DNA from: Brevibacterium sp.
GTDB taxonomy: Bacteria > Actinomycetota > Actinomycetes > Actinomycetales > Brevibacteriaceae
DNA: 64,000 bases
Assembly (NCBI GenBank): GCA_031179165.1
Contig: JAPSIC010000002.1
Location: forward strand, 3,423-67,422
Direction: 5' to 3'
Shown: one piece after another, positions 19,918 through 29,052 of the stretch
How positions within the stretch are numbered: the stretch's first letter is position 1
Layout: every line of letters starts with the position of its first letter
Translations under genes and position numbers: made by a program
Notes under the pieces: generated by a model
Told to the model about the DNA's origin: nothing
What the model saw: only the letters and a program-made list of their open reading frames with translations
Databases searched by the model: none

Positions 19918-21399
19918 GTGGCTAGACGAGACGGGCGACTGACCCACGAAATCGACCCCCAGGATCGTTCACCTCAGGATGCTTGTGGAGTGTTCGGAGT
20001 CTGGGCGCCTGGCGAGGAAACCGCTAAACTCACCTACTTCGGGCTCTACGCCCTCCAGCACCGCGGGCAGGAATCGGCCGGGATCGCGGCCAGCAACGGC
20101 AAGCAGATCCTGGTCTACCGCGACCTGGGGCTCGTGTCCCAGGTGTTCCACGAGCGGGACCTCGAGATGCTGCAGGGACACATCGCGGTCGGACACACCC
20201 GCTACTCGACAACCGGTTCGCCGTCGTTCGAGAACGCGCAGCCGACCCTGGGCCCGACCCCCTTCGGCACCGTCGCGCTCGCCCACAACGGCAACCTGAC
20301 GAACTTCGAGACGCTCGAGGAGATGGCCGACCAGCGTCGTGCCGATGCGCACAAGGTCGTCGAGGCGGCGACCCAGAAGTCGATGCGCACCCGGCCCTTC
20401 CGCGACTCCTCCAACGACACCTCGCTGATCACGGAGCTGCTCGCCAGCGAGGACGGCGAGAACCTCGCCGACGCGGCGCTGCGGCTCCTGCCCAAGGTCG
20501 AGGGGGCGTTCTCGCTCGTGTTCATGGACGAGCACACCCTCTACGCCGCACGTGATCCGCATGGCGTGCGGCCCCTGTCACTGGGGCGGCTGGAGAACGG
20601 CTGGGTCGTCGCCTCCGAGACCGCGGCCCTCGACATCGTCGGCGCCTCCCACGTGCGCGAGGTCGAACCCGGCGAGATCATCGCCATCGACGAGGACGGC
20701 CTGCGCTCGTACAAGTTCGCCGAGCCCACCGATGCCCGCTGCGTCTTCGAATACGTGTACCTGGCCCGGCCCGACAGTGTCCTCAACGGCAAGACCGTCC
20801 ACGCGGCCCGGACCGAGATGGGCCGGCAGCTGGCCCGGGAGTTCGCCGTCGACGCCGACCTCGTCATCGCCACCCCGGAATCGGGGACCCCAGCCGCCGT
20901 CGGCTACGCCGAGGAGTCCGGCATCCCCTTCGGCCAGGGGCTGATGAAGAACGCCTACGTCGGCCGGACGTTCATCCAGCCCTCGCAGACCCTGCGCCAG
21001 CTGGGCATCCGGCTCAAGCTCAACCCGCTGCGGGAGAACATCGCCGGCAAGCGCCTCGTCGTCGTCGACGACTCGATCGTGCGCGGCAACACCCAACGAG
21101 CGCTCGTGCGGATGCTGCGCGAGGCCGGGGCCAAGGAGATCCACATCCGGATCTCCTCGCCACCCGTCAAGTGGCCCTGCTTCTACGGGATCGACTTCGC
21201 GACGCGGGCCGAGCTCATCGCCAACGGCCTGACGACCGACGAGATCTGCAAGTCCCTGGGCGCCGATTCGCTCGGCTACATCTCCCTCGACGGGATGATC
21301 GAGGCGACCGAGCAGCAGCGGAGCAAGCTGTGCACCGCATGCTTCTCGGGCGAGTACCCGATCCCCGTCAACAACACCCCCGCCGACAAAGGATGCTGA
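19918..21399 (+). CDS. purF: Amidophosphoribosyltransferase
   Basis: CGVFG, LQHRGQESAG, HNGNL, VDDSIVRGNT, PCFYGIDF. Confidence 0.97.
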   Translation: MARRDGRLTHEIDPQDRSPQDACGVFGVWAPGEETAKLTYFGLYALQHRGQESAGIAASNGKQILVYRDLGLVSQVFHERDLEMLQGHIAVGHTRYSTTGSPSFENAQPTLGPTPFGTVALAHNGNLTNFETLEEMADQRRADAHKVVEAATQKSMRTRPFRDSSNDTSLITELLASEDGENLADAALRLLPKVEGAFSLVFMDEHTLYAARDPHGVRPLSLGRLENGWVVASETAALDIVGASHVREVEPGEIIAIDEDGLRSYKFAEPTDARCVFEYVYLARPDSVLNGKTVHAARTEMGRQLAREFAVDADLVIATPESGTPAAVGYAEESGIPFGQGLMKNAYVGRTFIQPSQTLRQLGIRLKLNPLRENIAGKRLVVVDDSIVRGNTQRALVRMLREAGAKEIHIRISSPPVKWPCFYGIDFATRAELIANGLTTDEICKSLGADSLGYISLDGMIEATEQQRSKLCTACFSGEYPIPVNNTPADKGC

Positions 21400-21400
21400 G

Positions 21401-22516
21401 TTGAGTCCCGAACCGACCACGGAACCCTCCGCCGCGCCACGATCGACGACCTACGCCGCCGCCGGTGTCGACGTCGAAGCCGGTGACCGGGCCGTCGAAC
21501 TGATGAAGTCGGCCGTCGCCGCCACCCACAATGCCAACGTCGTCGGCGGGGTGGGCGGATTCGCCGGCCTCTTCGACGTCAGCGTGCTCAAGGACTTCCG
21601 CCGGCCGCTGCTGGCCAGCTCCACCGACGGTGTCGGCACGAAGGTCGCCATCGCGCAGGCCCTCGACAAGCACGACACCATCGGATACGACCTGGTCGGA
21701 ATGGTCGTCGACGACATCATCGTGTGCGGGGCGAAGCCGCTGTTCATGACCGACTACATCGCCTGCGGCAAGGTCGTGGCCGAACGCATCGCCGACATCG
21801 TCCGCGGCATCGCCGAGGCCTGCGCCGGCGCCGACGTCGCCCTCGTCGGCGGGGAGACCGCCGAGCACCCCGGCCTCCTGGGAGTCGACGAGTACGACGT
21901 CGCCGGAGCCGCCACCGGTGTCGTCGACGCCGACCAGCTGCTCGGCCCGGAGAAGGTCCGTGCCGGCGACGTGCTCATCGCGCTGCCCTCCTCCGGCATC
22001 CACTCCAACGGGTACTCCCTGGTCAGGCACATCATCGCCGAGGCGGGGTGGAACCTGGACCGTGAGGTCGCGGAGTTCGGGCGAACCCTGGGGGAGGAGC
22101 TCCTCGTCCCCACGCATGTCTACACCGCCGAACTCAACGCCCTGTTCGCCGACCTGCCCGCAGCGGTGCACTCGGTCTCCCACGTCACCGGCGGGGGACT
22201 GTCCGCCAACGTCGCCCGGGTGCTCCCGACCGGTCTGGTCGCGCAGATGTCGCGCTCGAGCTGGGAGATCCCACCCGTGTTCAGCGTCCTCGGCGACCTC
22301 GGCGGAGTCCCGCAGGCCGACCGGGAGAGGACCTGGAACCTCGGCGTCGGTATGGTCCTCGTCACTGCCGCCGAGGCGGCCGACAGCGTCCTCGCCGCCT
22401 GCCCCGGCTCCTGGGTGCTGGGAGAGGTCAAGGCCGATGACGGCGGGCTGGCCGGCAACCCCGACTACGTTCAGGGCGCCAAGGGCGTCGACGGCGGAGC
22501 CGCAATCCTCCGCTGA
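21401..22516 (+). CDS. purM: Phosphoribosylformylglycinamidine cyclo-ligase
   Basis: YAAAGVD, TDGVGTK, GGETAEHPG, SSGIHSNGYSL, HVTGGG. Confidence 0.97.
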   Translation: MSPEPTTEPSAAPRSTTYAAAGVDVEAGDRAVELMKSAVAATHNANVVGGVGGFAGLFDVSVLKDFRRPLLASSTDGVGTKVAIAQALDKHDTIGYDLVGMVVDDIIVCGAKPLFMTDYIACGKVVAERIADIVRGIAEACAGADVALVGGETAEHPGLLGVDEYDVAGAATGVVDADQLLGPEKVRAGDVLIALPSSGIHSNGYSLVRHIIAEAGWNLDREVAEFGRTLGEELLVPTHVYTAELNALFADLPAAVHSVSHVTGGGLSANVARVLPTGLVAQMSRSSWEIPPVFSVLGDLGGVPQADRERTWNLGVGMVLVTAAEAADSVLAACPGSWVLGEVKADDGGLAGNPDYVQGAKGVDGGAAILR

Positions 22517-22618
22517 GCCGGCCGGCCGCAGTGGGCGGCCGATCGCGGTGGGCCGTCCGGCCGGATTGGGCCGGCCGAGGCCCGATCCTCCGCTGGAGCG
22601 AGTCAGGCGGGCCGGACC

Positions 22619-22686
22619 CGGCAAATTGTGCCGACTTTGTTCTGTTTCTTCGCCGGAGGACCGAACAAGGTACGCACAGTTTGCCG
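22619..22686. repeat. Long imperfect palindrome (about 68 nt)
   Basis: cggcaaattgtgc...gcacagtttgccg with inner ttgttc/gaacaa arms. Confidence 0.7.
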
Positions 22687-22702
22687 CTGAACCGCACAAA
22701 GT

Positions 22703-22774
22703 GCACACGATTCGGCAGGAGCCCGTCGGGGCGGGGGCACACAATTCGGCAGGAGCCCGTCGGGGCAGGGACAC
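22703..22774 (+). repeat. 34-bp direct repeat, 2 copies
   Basis: gcacacRattcggcaggagcccgtcggggc at 22703 and 22737. Confidence 0.9.
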
Positions 22775-22776
22775 GC

Positions 22777-22806
22777 AGAAGGCGGAGACCGAAGTCTCCG
22801 CCTTCT
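22777..22806. terminator. Likely bidirectional intrinsic terminator
   Basis: Perfect 13-bp stem agaaggcggagac-cgaa-gtctccgccttct between the convergent purM and DUF3073 genes. Confidence 0.75.
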
Positions 22807-22881
22807 ATCGATTTCGTTCTGTTCCCGCTTGGGAAGATCGGCTGAGGGGGCGAGTCGTGGTGACCGTCCGGTCAGGGGTGA

Positions 22882-23094
22882 TCAGTGCTGCGAGGAATCG
22901 TCATCGTCGTCTACGTTGTACTTCTCGGCATACTCCGAGTAGTCGGGTTCGTCATCGTATGGATCAGACGATCCGGACTTCTGGGAATCAGCGCCCAATT
23001 CCTTCTGGAGTCGACTCAGGTCGGTCTCCGGGCTGTAGTACTTCAGCTTCCGAGCTACCTTGATCTGCTTTGCCTTTGCGCGGCCGCGACCCAC
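22882..23094 (-). CDS. DUF3073 domain protein
   Basis: MGRGRAKAKQxKVARxLKY; acidic tail; typical position next to purM. Confidence 0.88.
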   Translation of the reverse strand: MGRGRAKAKQIKVARKLKYYSPETDLSRLQKELGADSQKSGSSDPYDDEPDYSEYAEKYNVDDDDDSSQH

Positions 23095-23222
23095 TGGCGT
23101 GACCCCCTCCGTCGTCATGTGGGGCGCGATGCCCCGGACTAGATCTCTGCTATGCGCTTAAATCCTACCCGTTCACAGGGGGAAGTTCCATTTTGCACTC
23201 TCACCTTGGATAGGCTGAGCCC

Positions 23223-24038
23223 ATGTCCTACAGTCGCGAGTATCTTGTCTCTCTGCGGATCTTCGAACCCACAGTCGTCCATTCCGAATTGCAAGACAAG
23301 GATGTCGAAGACAACCGGGCTCGGGTCGAAGAGCAGGTCGCGCATGATGCCGACAAACGCTTGATCTCCCTGCCTCCGAACCCTGTCGCCGAGTCGTTCC
23401 GCACCACTCCGCTGTTCCTTCCGGCGTCTCAGTCCCCGGACGGCGTCGACCGCTTCTGCCCCGTCCAGGAGGACGTGCGCAGCTGGGAGGCCCTGGATGC
23501 GCTGGCCGAGCACACCTCGAAGGCGACGCTGGACATCATCGTGCCGAAGACGGCCCGGAGGCGGGCGGCGAGCCGTCGCGCCGAATGGCTGCAGGAGGCC
23601 AAGGACACCCGTGTCTTTACCCGGGTCGCCGCATGGGACGTGCCGCCGGCCTGGTGGCTGTTCTTCTCCTTGAGCGAGGACCGGATCGTCACCGAGGAGA
23701 ACGCCTCCGGCCTGCGAGTGCTGATCCGCACGGACATCCTGGCCGCCTCGGCGAGGATGGAGTGGGCGGCGGAGACGATCGCGGAGAAGTCGAAGGTTGT
23801 CGACATGGTCGAGCAGACGGCGACGCTGGCGCAGTGGGTCGACGGCTTCGACATGAACTCGGTGCTCGAACTCGACCTGGGCGGGATGAGTGATGTCCTG
23901 TGGCCCAACGAGGCTCCCGAGCTCGTCGACTCCTGGGTGACGGCGCTCGGCAATGATGACCCCGAGACGGCGGTGGCGTCGTTCCAGAAGTACGCCGCGA
24001 TGTGGGAGCAGCTCAACCTCTACGCGCGCAGCTCCTGA
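23223..24038 (+). CDS. Conserved actinobacterial hypothetical protein
   Basis: LRIFEP, WDVPPAWW, SVLELDLGG; TAGGCT 6 nt upstream (leaderless). Confidence 0.75.
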   Translation: MSYSREYLVSLRIFEPTVVHSELQDKDVEDNRARVEEQVAHDADKRLISLPPNPVAESFRTTPLFLPASQSPDGVDRFCPVQEDVRSWEALDALAEHTSKATLDIIVPKTARRRAASRRAEWLQEAKDTRVFTRVAAWDVPPAWWLFFSLSEDRIVTEENASGLRVLIRTDILAASARMEWAAETIAEKSKVVDMVEQTATLAQWVDGFDMNSVLELDLGGMSDVLWPNEAPELVDSWVTALGNDDPETAVASFQKYAAMWEQLNLYARSS

Positions 24039-24110
24039 GGTGCACCGGGGAGACGAACACTCAATTCCTGAGGTGCACCCGGGAGGCGAACCCGGCGCTC
24101 CTGAGGTGCT
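24033..24110 (+). repeat. 33-bp periodic repeat anchored on the stop codon (tccTGAggtgc, 3 copies)
   Basis: Copies at 24033, 24066, 24099. Confidence 0.85.
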
Positions 24111-24195
24111 GCTTCAGGCCAGGGCGCGCGGTTCCTGAAAAGGGCGTGCAGGCGGGAACCGCTACGATTGGTCCCGTACCCGCGGACCCGAGAGA

Positions 24196-24789
24196 ATGAC
24201 CCCCATAGATCGCATGCACACAGAGAAGCGCCGACTTCTGACCACCACGCCTCCACGCTCCGCGAAAGCCGGCGCGATCGCCTCGGCGGCGGTTGCCGGG
24301 GAGAGCGATCCGGCGGGCACGGCAGCGTCAGCGCCGGTGGAGAAGAAGCCGCTCTCGAAGTGGTCGGTCGGCTGGCGGGTCACGGTCACAGTCGTCGCCT
24401 TCGCCATCCTCACGTGTGGGCAGTTCCTCAACACCAACGATTTCTTCCCGCTCGGCTCGCTGACCCAATACGCGACGGCCAAGGATCTCAACGGACAGGT
24501 CAACTCGACGTGCATCGCCGCGCAATTCCCCGGCGAGGACGAACCCCGCAGGCTGGGATTCAACACCGCGACCGTGGGCATCGAACGCGGCGACGTCGAG
24601 GCGCAGCTCGATCGCGTCATCGCCAACCCCGAACTGCTGCAGACCCTCGCCGACTCCTACGTGCGCCTGCATCCGGATGAGCCGAAGCCCGAGGCGATGA
24701 TCCTCTGCCGCGAGACCACCCAGCTGGAGAACGGCATCAGCGTCGGCGAGCCCACGCAGAGGGTTCTGGCGACCTGGGAGGTGCGGTGA
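24196..24789 (+). CDS. Single-TM exported hypothetical protein (partner of the HTTM-like gene)
   Basis: TM segment then DFFPLGSLTQYA; two Cys in the soluble domain; stop overlaps the next start. Confidence 0.7.
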   Translation: MTPIDRMHTEKRRLLTTTPPRSAKAGAIASAAVAGESDPAGTAASAPVEKKPLSKWSVGWRVTVTVVAFAILTCGQFLNTNDFFPLGSLTQYATAKDLNGQVNSTCIAAQFPGEDEPRRLGFNTATVGIERGDVEAQLDRVIANPELLQTLADSYVRLHPDEPKPEAMILCRETTQLENGISVGEPTQRVLATWEVR

Positions 24790-25664
24790 TGGGTGTGCTG
24801 ACAGCGGCGCGGCCGCGCAATCGCGCACTCGACTGGTTCATGCCGCAGATCCCGCTGGCGCGGGTCGCGGTGCTGCGGGTCCTCCTCTACCTCTTCGTCA
24901 TCATCGACGTCTTCACGATCTCCAACGACGTCATCGCCCACGGGTGGACGCCCGAGCTCTACCAGCCGCTGTGGCTGGCGCGATTCCTCCATCTGCCCCC
25001 GGTCAGCGTCCTCGGGGCCCAGATCCTGCTCGTCGCGATCATCGGGTTCTCCCTCCTCGCCGCCGCCGGGATCCTCCAGCGTCTGAGCGGGTGGGTCGTC
25101 GCGATCACCTTCGGCGCCTGGATGTTCTACACCCAGGGCTACGGCTATGTCGCCCATGATCACATGGCGCTCGTCATCGCCGTCCTCGTCCTGCCGACCA
25201 TCGGCATCGCGCGCTTCCGGGACGTGGGGGTCACCTCGGCGAAGGCGGGGTGGGCGCTCAAGGTCATCCAGATCTCCGTCGTCCTCACCTACTTCTACTC
25301 GGTGCTGATGAAGTGGGTCGCCTCGGGCAACATCACGCACTGGGCCAACGGAGCCGTGATCATCTGGGCGCTGATGCGCCGCGGCGCGGAGTGGTCGAAG
25401 CCGTTCCTCGAGATGCCGGGCCTGCTCGTCGCCGCCCAGTGGGCGACGCTGGCCTTCGAGGCGCTCTCGCCGGTGGCGCTGTTCGTCAAGGGCCGGTGGA
25501 TCTACTTCGTCGTCGTCTTCTTCTGCGTCTTCCACCTGCTCACCTACCTGGCCCTGGGCATCCATTTCCTGCCGACCGTGATCTGCTGGGCGGCGTTCCT
25601 GCCGCTGGAGAAGCTCGTGCCGAAGCGGTTCCGGGCAGTGCCGGCAGCAACCGCCGCGTCCTGA
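24786..25664 (+). CDS. HTTM / vitamin K-dependent gamma-carboxylase-like polytopic membrane protein
   Basis: GYVAHDH, YFYSVLMKW, WANG, TLAFE, FHLLTYLALGIHF. Confidence 0.6.
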   Translation: MMGVLTAARPRNRALDWFMPQIPLARVAVLRVLLYLFVIIDVFTISNDVIAHGWTPELYQPLWLARFLHLPPVSVLGAQILLVAIIGFSLLAAAGILQRLSGWVVAITFGAWMFYTQGYGYVAHDHMALVIAVLVLPTIGIARFRDVGVTSAKAGWALKVIQISVVLTYFYSVLMKWVASGNITHWANGAVIIWALMRRGAEWSKPFLEMPGLLVAAQWATLAFEALSPVALFVKGRWIYFVVVFFCVFHLLTYLALGIHFLPTVICWAAFLPLEKLVPKRFRAVPAATAAS

Positions 25665-25677
25665 ACTGCACTCCGCC

Positions 25678-26040
25678 ATGTCGACGTCGATCTATTACCG
25701 CGCCGTTCGCTCCACTCCGCTGACCAGGTTCGAGGAGGAGCGGGTCGCCGAGGTGGTCAACCGATGCAACGAGTCGTTTCCCTTCGACTACGAGGAACTC
25801 TGCTTCTACTGCAGCGGTGACGGCGACGCCGAGGAGGTGCTCAACGGCTCGACGAAGATCTCCCCGGAACCGGACGAGATGATGACCTCGATCGCGCACT
25901 GGTGCCATGCCCTCACCGACCTGCGCCGGGTGCTTCCCGACGCCGAGTGGACGGTCCACCTCGACGACATCGACATCGAGTGGAGCGAGGGCCGGGGTTA
26001 CTCCCTGCCGGGAATGGGCGAGGAACTCGACGACCGGTGA
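25678..26040 (+). CDS. Small acidic hypothetical protein
   Basis: 120-aa ORF with host-like codon usage, 13 nt after the upstream stop. Confidence 0.7.
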   Translation: MSTSIYYRAVRSTPLTRFEEERVAEVVNRCNESFPFDYEELCFYCSGDGDAEEVLNGSTKISPEPDEMMTSIAHWCHALTDLRRVLPDAEWTVHLDDIDIEWSEGRGYSLPGMGEELDDR

Positions 26041-26090
26041 TCTGAGGACAGGGACCGCGTCCCTGCACGGACGCCTCACGCGCAGCCGTC

Positions 26091-26215
26091 CCCGACGCAT
26101 CCGTCCCGGAGGGGATGCCCGGCGCGGACCCCCGACGCCTCCGTCCCGGAGGGAACGCCCGGCGCGGACGCCCGGCGCGGACTCCCGGCTCGGACGCCCG
26201 CCTCGGACGCCCTGC
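26091..26215 (+). repeat. 40-bp direct repeat (2 copies) followed by ~13-bp gcccggcgcggac repeats
   Basis: cccgacgcMtccgtcccggaggg at 26091 and 26131. Confidence 0.85.
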
Positions 26216-26323
26216 GCGCGTCCGTTCGAGACCCGTTAGGCTCTGTCCATCATCACCGGCGCCGCCCGTCACGACAGGTGTCACGACAGGTCTTGCCGGC
26301 CCGCACCATTCTGAGGGGGAGAA

Positions 26324-27511
26324 GTGTCGTCGAAGTTCGCCGATCGCATTGCTCGGGTCCAGCCGTCCGCCATTCGTGACCTGCTCAAGTACGGCGACGA
26401 CCCCTCGATCACCTCCTTCGGGGGCGGCTATCCCGACCCTGCGCTCTTCCCCACTGTCGAACTGCAGCAGGTGTTCGCCGACATCTTCGCCAAGGAGAGC
26501 GCGACCGCACTGCAGTACACCGCCTCGGCGGGCCTGCCCGGGATGCGGGCCCAGATCGCCAAGCGGATGTGCAACGGCGGAACACCTGCCGACGCCGACG
26601 AGATCCTCGTCCTCCAAGGGGCGCAGCAGGGCCTGGATCTGGTCGCCAAGCTGCTCGTCGACCCCGGCGACGTCATCGTCACCGAGAACCCCACTTTCCT
26701 CGGTGCGCTCATCGCCTTCAACCCCTATCAGCCCGAATACGCGGCCGTCGACATCGACGAGGATGGCATGGACGTCGAGGCACTCGAGGAGACGCTGCGA
26801 ACGAGGGACGACGTCAAGTTCATCTACGTCATCCCCGACTTCCAGAACCCCACCGGCGTGACGCTCAGCCGCGAACGGCGACAGCGGATCATCGAATTGG
26901 CCAACGAATTCGACGTGCTCGTGCTCGAGGACTCGCCGTACCGCGACCTGCGCTTCGAAGGCGAGCAGCTGCCGACCCTGCGATCCCTCGACACCGAGAA
27001 CCGGGTCATCCACCTCGGCAGCTTCTCGAAGATCCTGGCCCCAGGGGTGCGGATGGGCTGGGTGAGCGCGGAACCGGAGATCCTGGAGAAGCTCGGACTG
27101 CTCAAGCTCGCCGCCGACACCCAGTCGAGCACGCTGAACATGACCGCCGTGACCCGGTTCCTCGAGGGCTTCGACATCGACGCGCACATCGCCCGGGCGC
27201 GCATCGTCTACCGGCAGAAGCGCGACCTCATGGTCACGACGATGGCGAACACGTTCCCCGCCGAGGTGGACGTGACCAGGCCCGACGGCGGCCTGTTCAC
27301 GTGGGTGACGTTCCCCGACGGCTTCGACTCGACCGCGTTCATGGCCGAGCACGCCCTTCCCGAGGCGCGGGTCGCCTACGTGCCGGGCGGATCGTTCTTC
27401 CCCACCGAGGAGCGAAGCAACTTCGCCCGGTTCAGCTACTCCGGGCAGTCGGATGCCGCGATGGTCGATGCGCTGACCCGGCTCGGAGAGATTCTGCAGA
27501 CGAAGATGTGA
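26324..27511 (+). CDS. PLP-dependent aminotransferase class I/II (2-aminoadipate transaminase-like)
   Basis: SFGGGYPDP, IPDFQNPTG, EDSPY, GSFSKILAPGVRMGW. Confidence 0.9.
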   Translation: MSSKFADRIARVQPSAIRDLLKYGDDPSITSFGGGYPDPALFPTVELQQVFADIFAKESATALQYTASAGLPGMRAQIAKRMCNGGTPADADEILVLQGAQQGLDLVAKLLVDPGDVIVTENPTFLGALIAFNPYQPEYAAVDIDEDGMDVEALEETLRTRDDVKFIYVIPDFQNPTGVTLSRERRQRIIELANEFDVLVLEDSPYRDLRFEGEQLPTLRSLDTENRVIHLGSFSKILAPGVRMGWVSAEPEILEKLGLLKLAADTQSSTLNMTAVTRFLEGFDIDAHIARARIVYRQKRDLMVTTMANTFPAEVDVTRPDGGLFTWVTFPDGFDSTAFMAEHALPEARVAYVPGGSFFPTEERSNFARFSYSGQSDAAMVDALTRLGEILQTKM

Positions 27512-27566
27512 GCAAGCGACTGCTCACATGCGCACGCGGCGCTCAGAGACGACTGAGTGTCCCTGC

Positions 27567-28913
27567 TCACGCCCGACGACCATAGGTGAGCCTGCGGAGG
27601 ACCACCTCGGCCGGGCCTCTGTGACCGACCTTCTCCATCAACCACGCCAGCAGCAGGGACACGGCCCAGACTCCGAGGGCGAGGAGGTACGCCGAGGTGG
27701 TCGACCAGTTCTCGCCGAGGCCGAGGCACCATGCGGCGAGCAGTGGGGCGAAGACGACAGACTGCAGCAGGTAGAAGCTCAACGAGCGCTTGCCGACGTA
27801 GGCCACGGGCAGCAGAAATGCGGGCGGTCGCTGCTGGAGACGGGTGCCGATGAGGCCGAACAGGGCGGCGTAGCCGATGCCCGCCGCGATGCCGGTGAAC
27901 TGGTTGAGGCCGAGGAATGCGAACGGGGCCAGGGCCTCGGCCGAGATCAGTCCGAGGAACTGCAGAGCCTGCGGGATCGCCCCGATGACGCCGACGGCGA
28001 TCCCAATTCCGCCGACGAGCCCGAGTCCGGGCCGGGGCCGGGCGGGACCGACTTCGATCCACAGGTGTCGCGCGGCCAGTCCGCCGAGGAGGACGCACAG
28101 GGGCACGGCGAGTGCGACATTGGCCATGATCGAACTGACGAACCACATCCCGACTCGGATCGCGAGAGCCAGCAGGTAGCTGTCCTCGCCATTGCCCAGG
28201 GTGCCGATGTTCCGCGTGAAGTCCCAGAGCTCCCCGCCCTCGGGCATCTGATCGGCCCCCGACTCCGAAGTGCCGGCCCAGGCCAGCAGGAGCGCCGACA
28301 GGAACTGGAGGACCGCGAACGCCGCGACGAGTCCGGCGAGGATCCAGGCTGCGATCTTCACGGCACGGTCCGACCCGCGCAGGACCGCGTAGCCCAGCAC
28401 GAGGCCAGCCAGCCCGTAGGCGCCGAGGATGTCCCCGCCGAACAGGAGCAGAGCGTGGAGGAACCCGAAGGCGATGAGCCACAGATTGCGGCGCACGAGC
28501 ATGCGGGAGATATCTGCCGGCCGATCACCCCTGCCCTGGCGGCTGCGGGAGAACTGGACCATCCCGTAGCCGAAGAGGAAGGCGAACATCGGGTAGATGC
28601 GCCCGTCGACGAAGAGGATCGCGAGCACCGACAGGACGGTGTCGAGCGCCGAGCCGCCGGTGGGGTGAGGCGACAACGACGTCTCGTCGAAGGAACCCCA
28701 GAGATAGACGGACACATTCGCGATCGCGATGAGGCAGAGCATGAAGCCGCGGGCGAGATCGGGAGCGAAGGCCCGAGGCGGTGCGGAGGCAGGTGGTGCG
28801 GGCGGAGGAGATGCAGAAGCCGGAGGTGCAGCGGCTGGAGGGGCTGCTGTGGGAGGAACCGAGGGGCGGTGCTGGGGCATCGGTGGGAAGCGGTGGTCGG
28901 GGAACTGACTCAT
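27567..28913 (-). CDS. DUF418 domain membrane protein
   Basis: PDLARGF, YPMFAFLFGYG, GDILGAYG, GKRSLSFYLLQS, RGPAE. Confidence 0.85.
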   Translation of the reverse strand: MSQFPDHRFPPMPQHRPSVPPTAAPPAAAPPASASPPPAPPASAPPRAFAPDLARGFMLCLIAIANVSVYLWGSFDETSLSPHPTGGSALDTVLSVLAILFVDGRIYPMFAFLFGYGMVQFSRSRQGRGDRPADISRMLVRRNLWLIAFGFLHALLLFGGDILGAYGLAGLVLGYAVLRGSDRAVKIAAWILAGLVAAFAVLQFLSALLLAWAGTSESGADQMPEGGELWDFTRNIGTLGNGEDSYLLALAIRVGMWFVSSIMANVALAVPLCVLLGGLAARHLWIEVGPARPRPGLGLVGGIGIAVGVIGAIPQALQFLGLISAEALAPFAFLGLNQFTGIAAGIGYAALFGLIGTRLQQRPPAFLLPVAYVGKRSLSFYLLQSVVFAPLLAAWCLGLGENWSTTSAYLLALGVWAVSLLLAWLMEKVGHRGPAEVVLRRLTYGRRA

Positions 28914-29052
28914 GGGGACGCTTTCTGCTGCTGGGTCAGGCGGACGGGGGCAGGTCTGGCGGACGGTGATCAAGGCCGGACGGAGTCAGACCAGGTCAGG
29001 CGAACGGGGACGGGCCAGCGGAGGGGGCGGACCAGTAGAGGGACCGGCAGGA

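Noticed and set aside
24033-24110. 33-bp periodic repeat as a mini CRISPR array (also the arrays at 12389-12470 and 10553-10646)
   Set aside because: Units are too short, the intervening sequences resemble each other, and no cas genes are present. These are tandem duplications.
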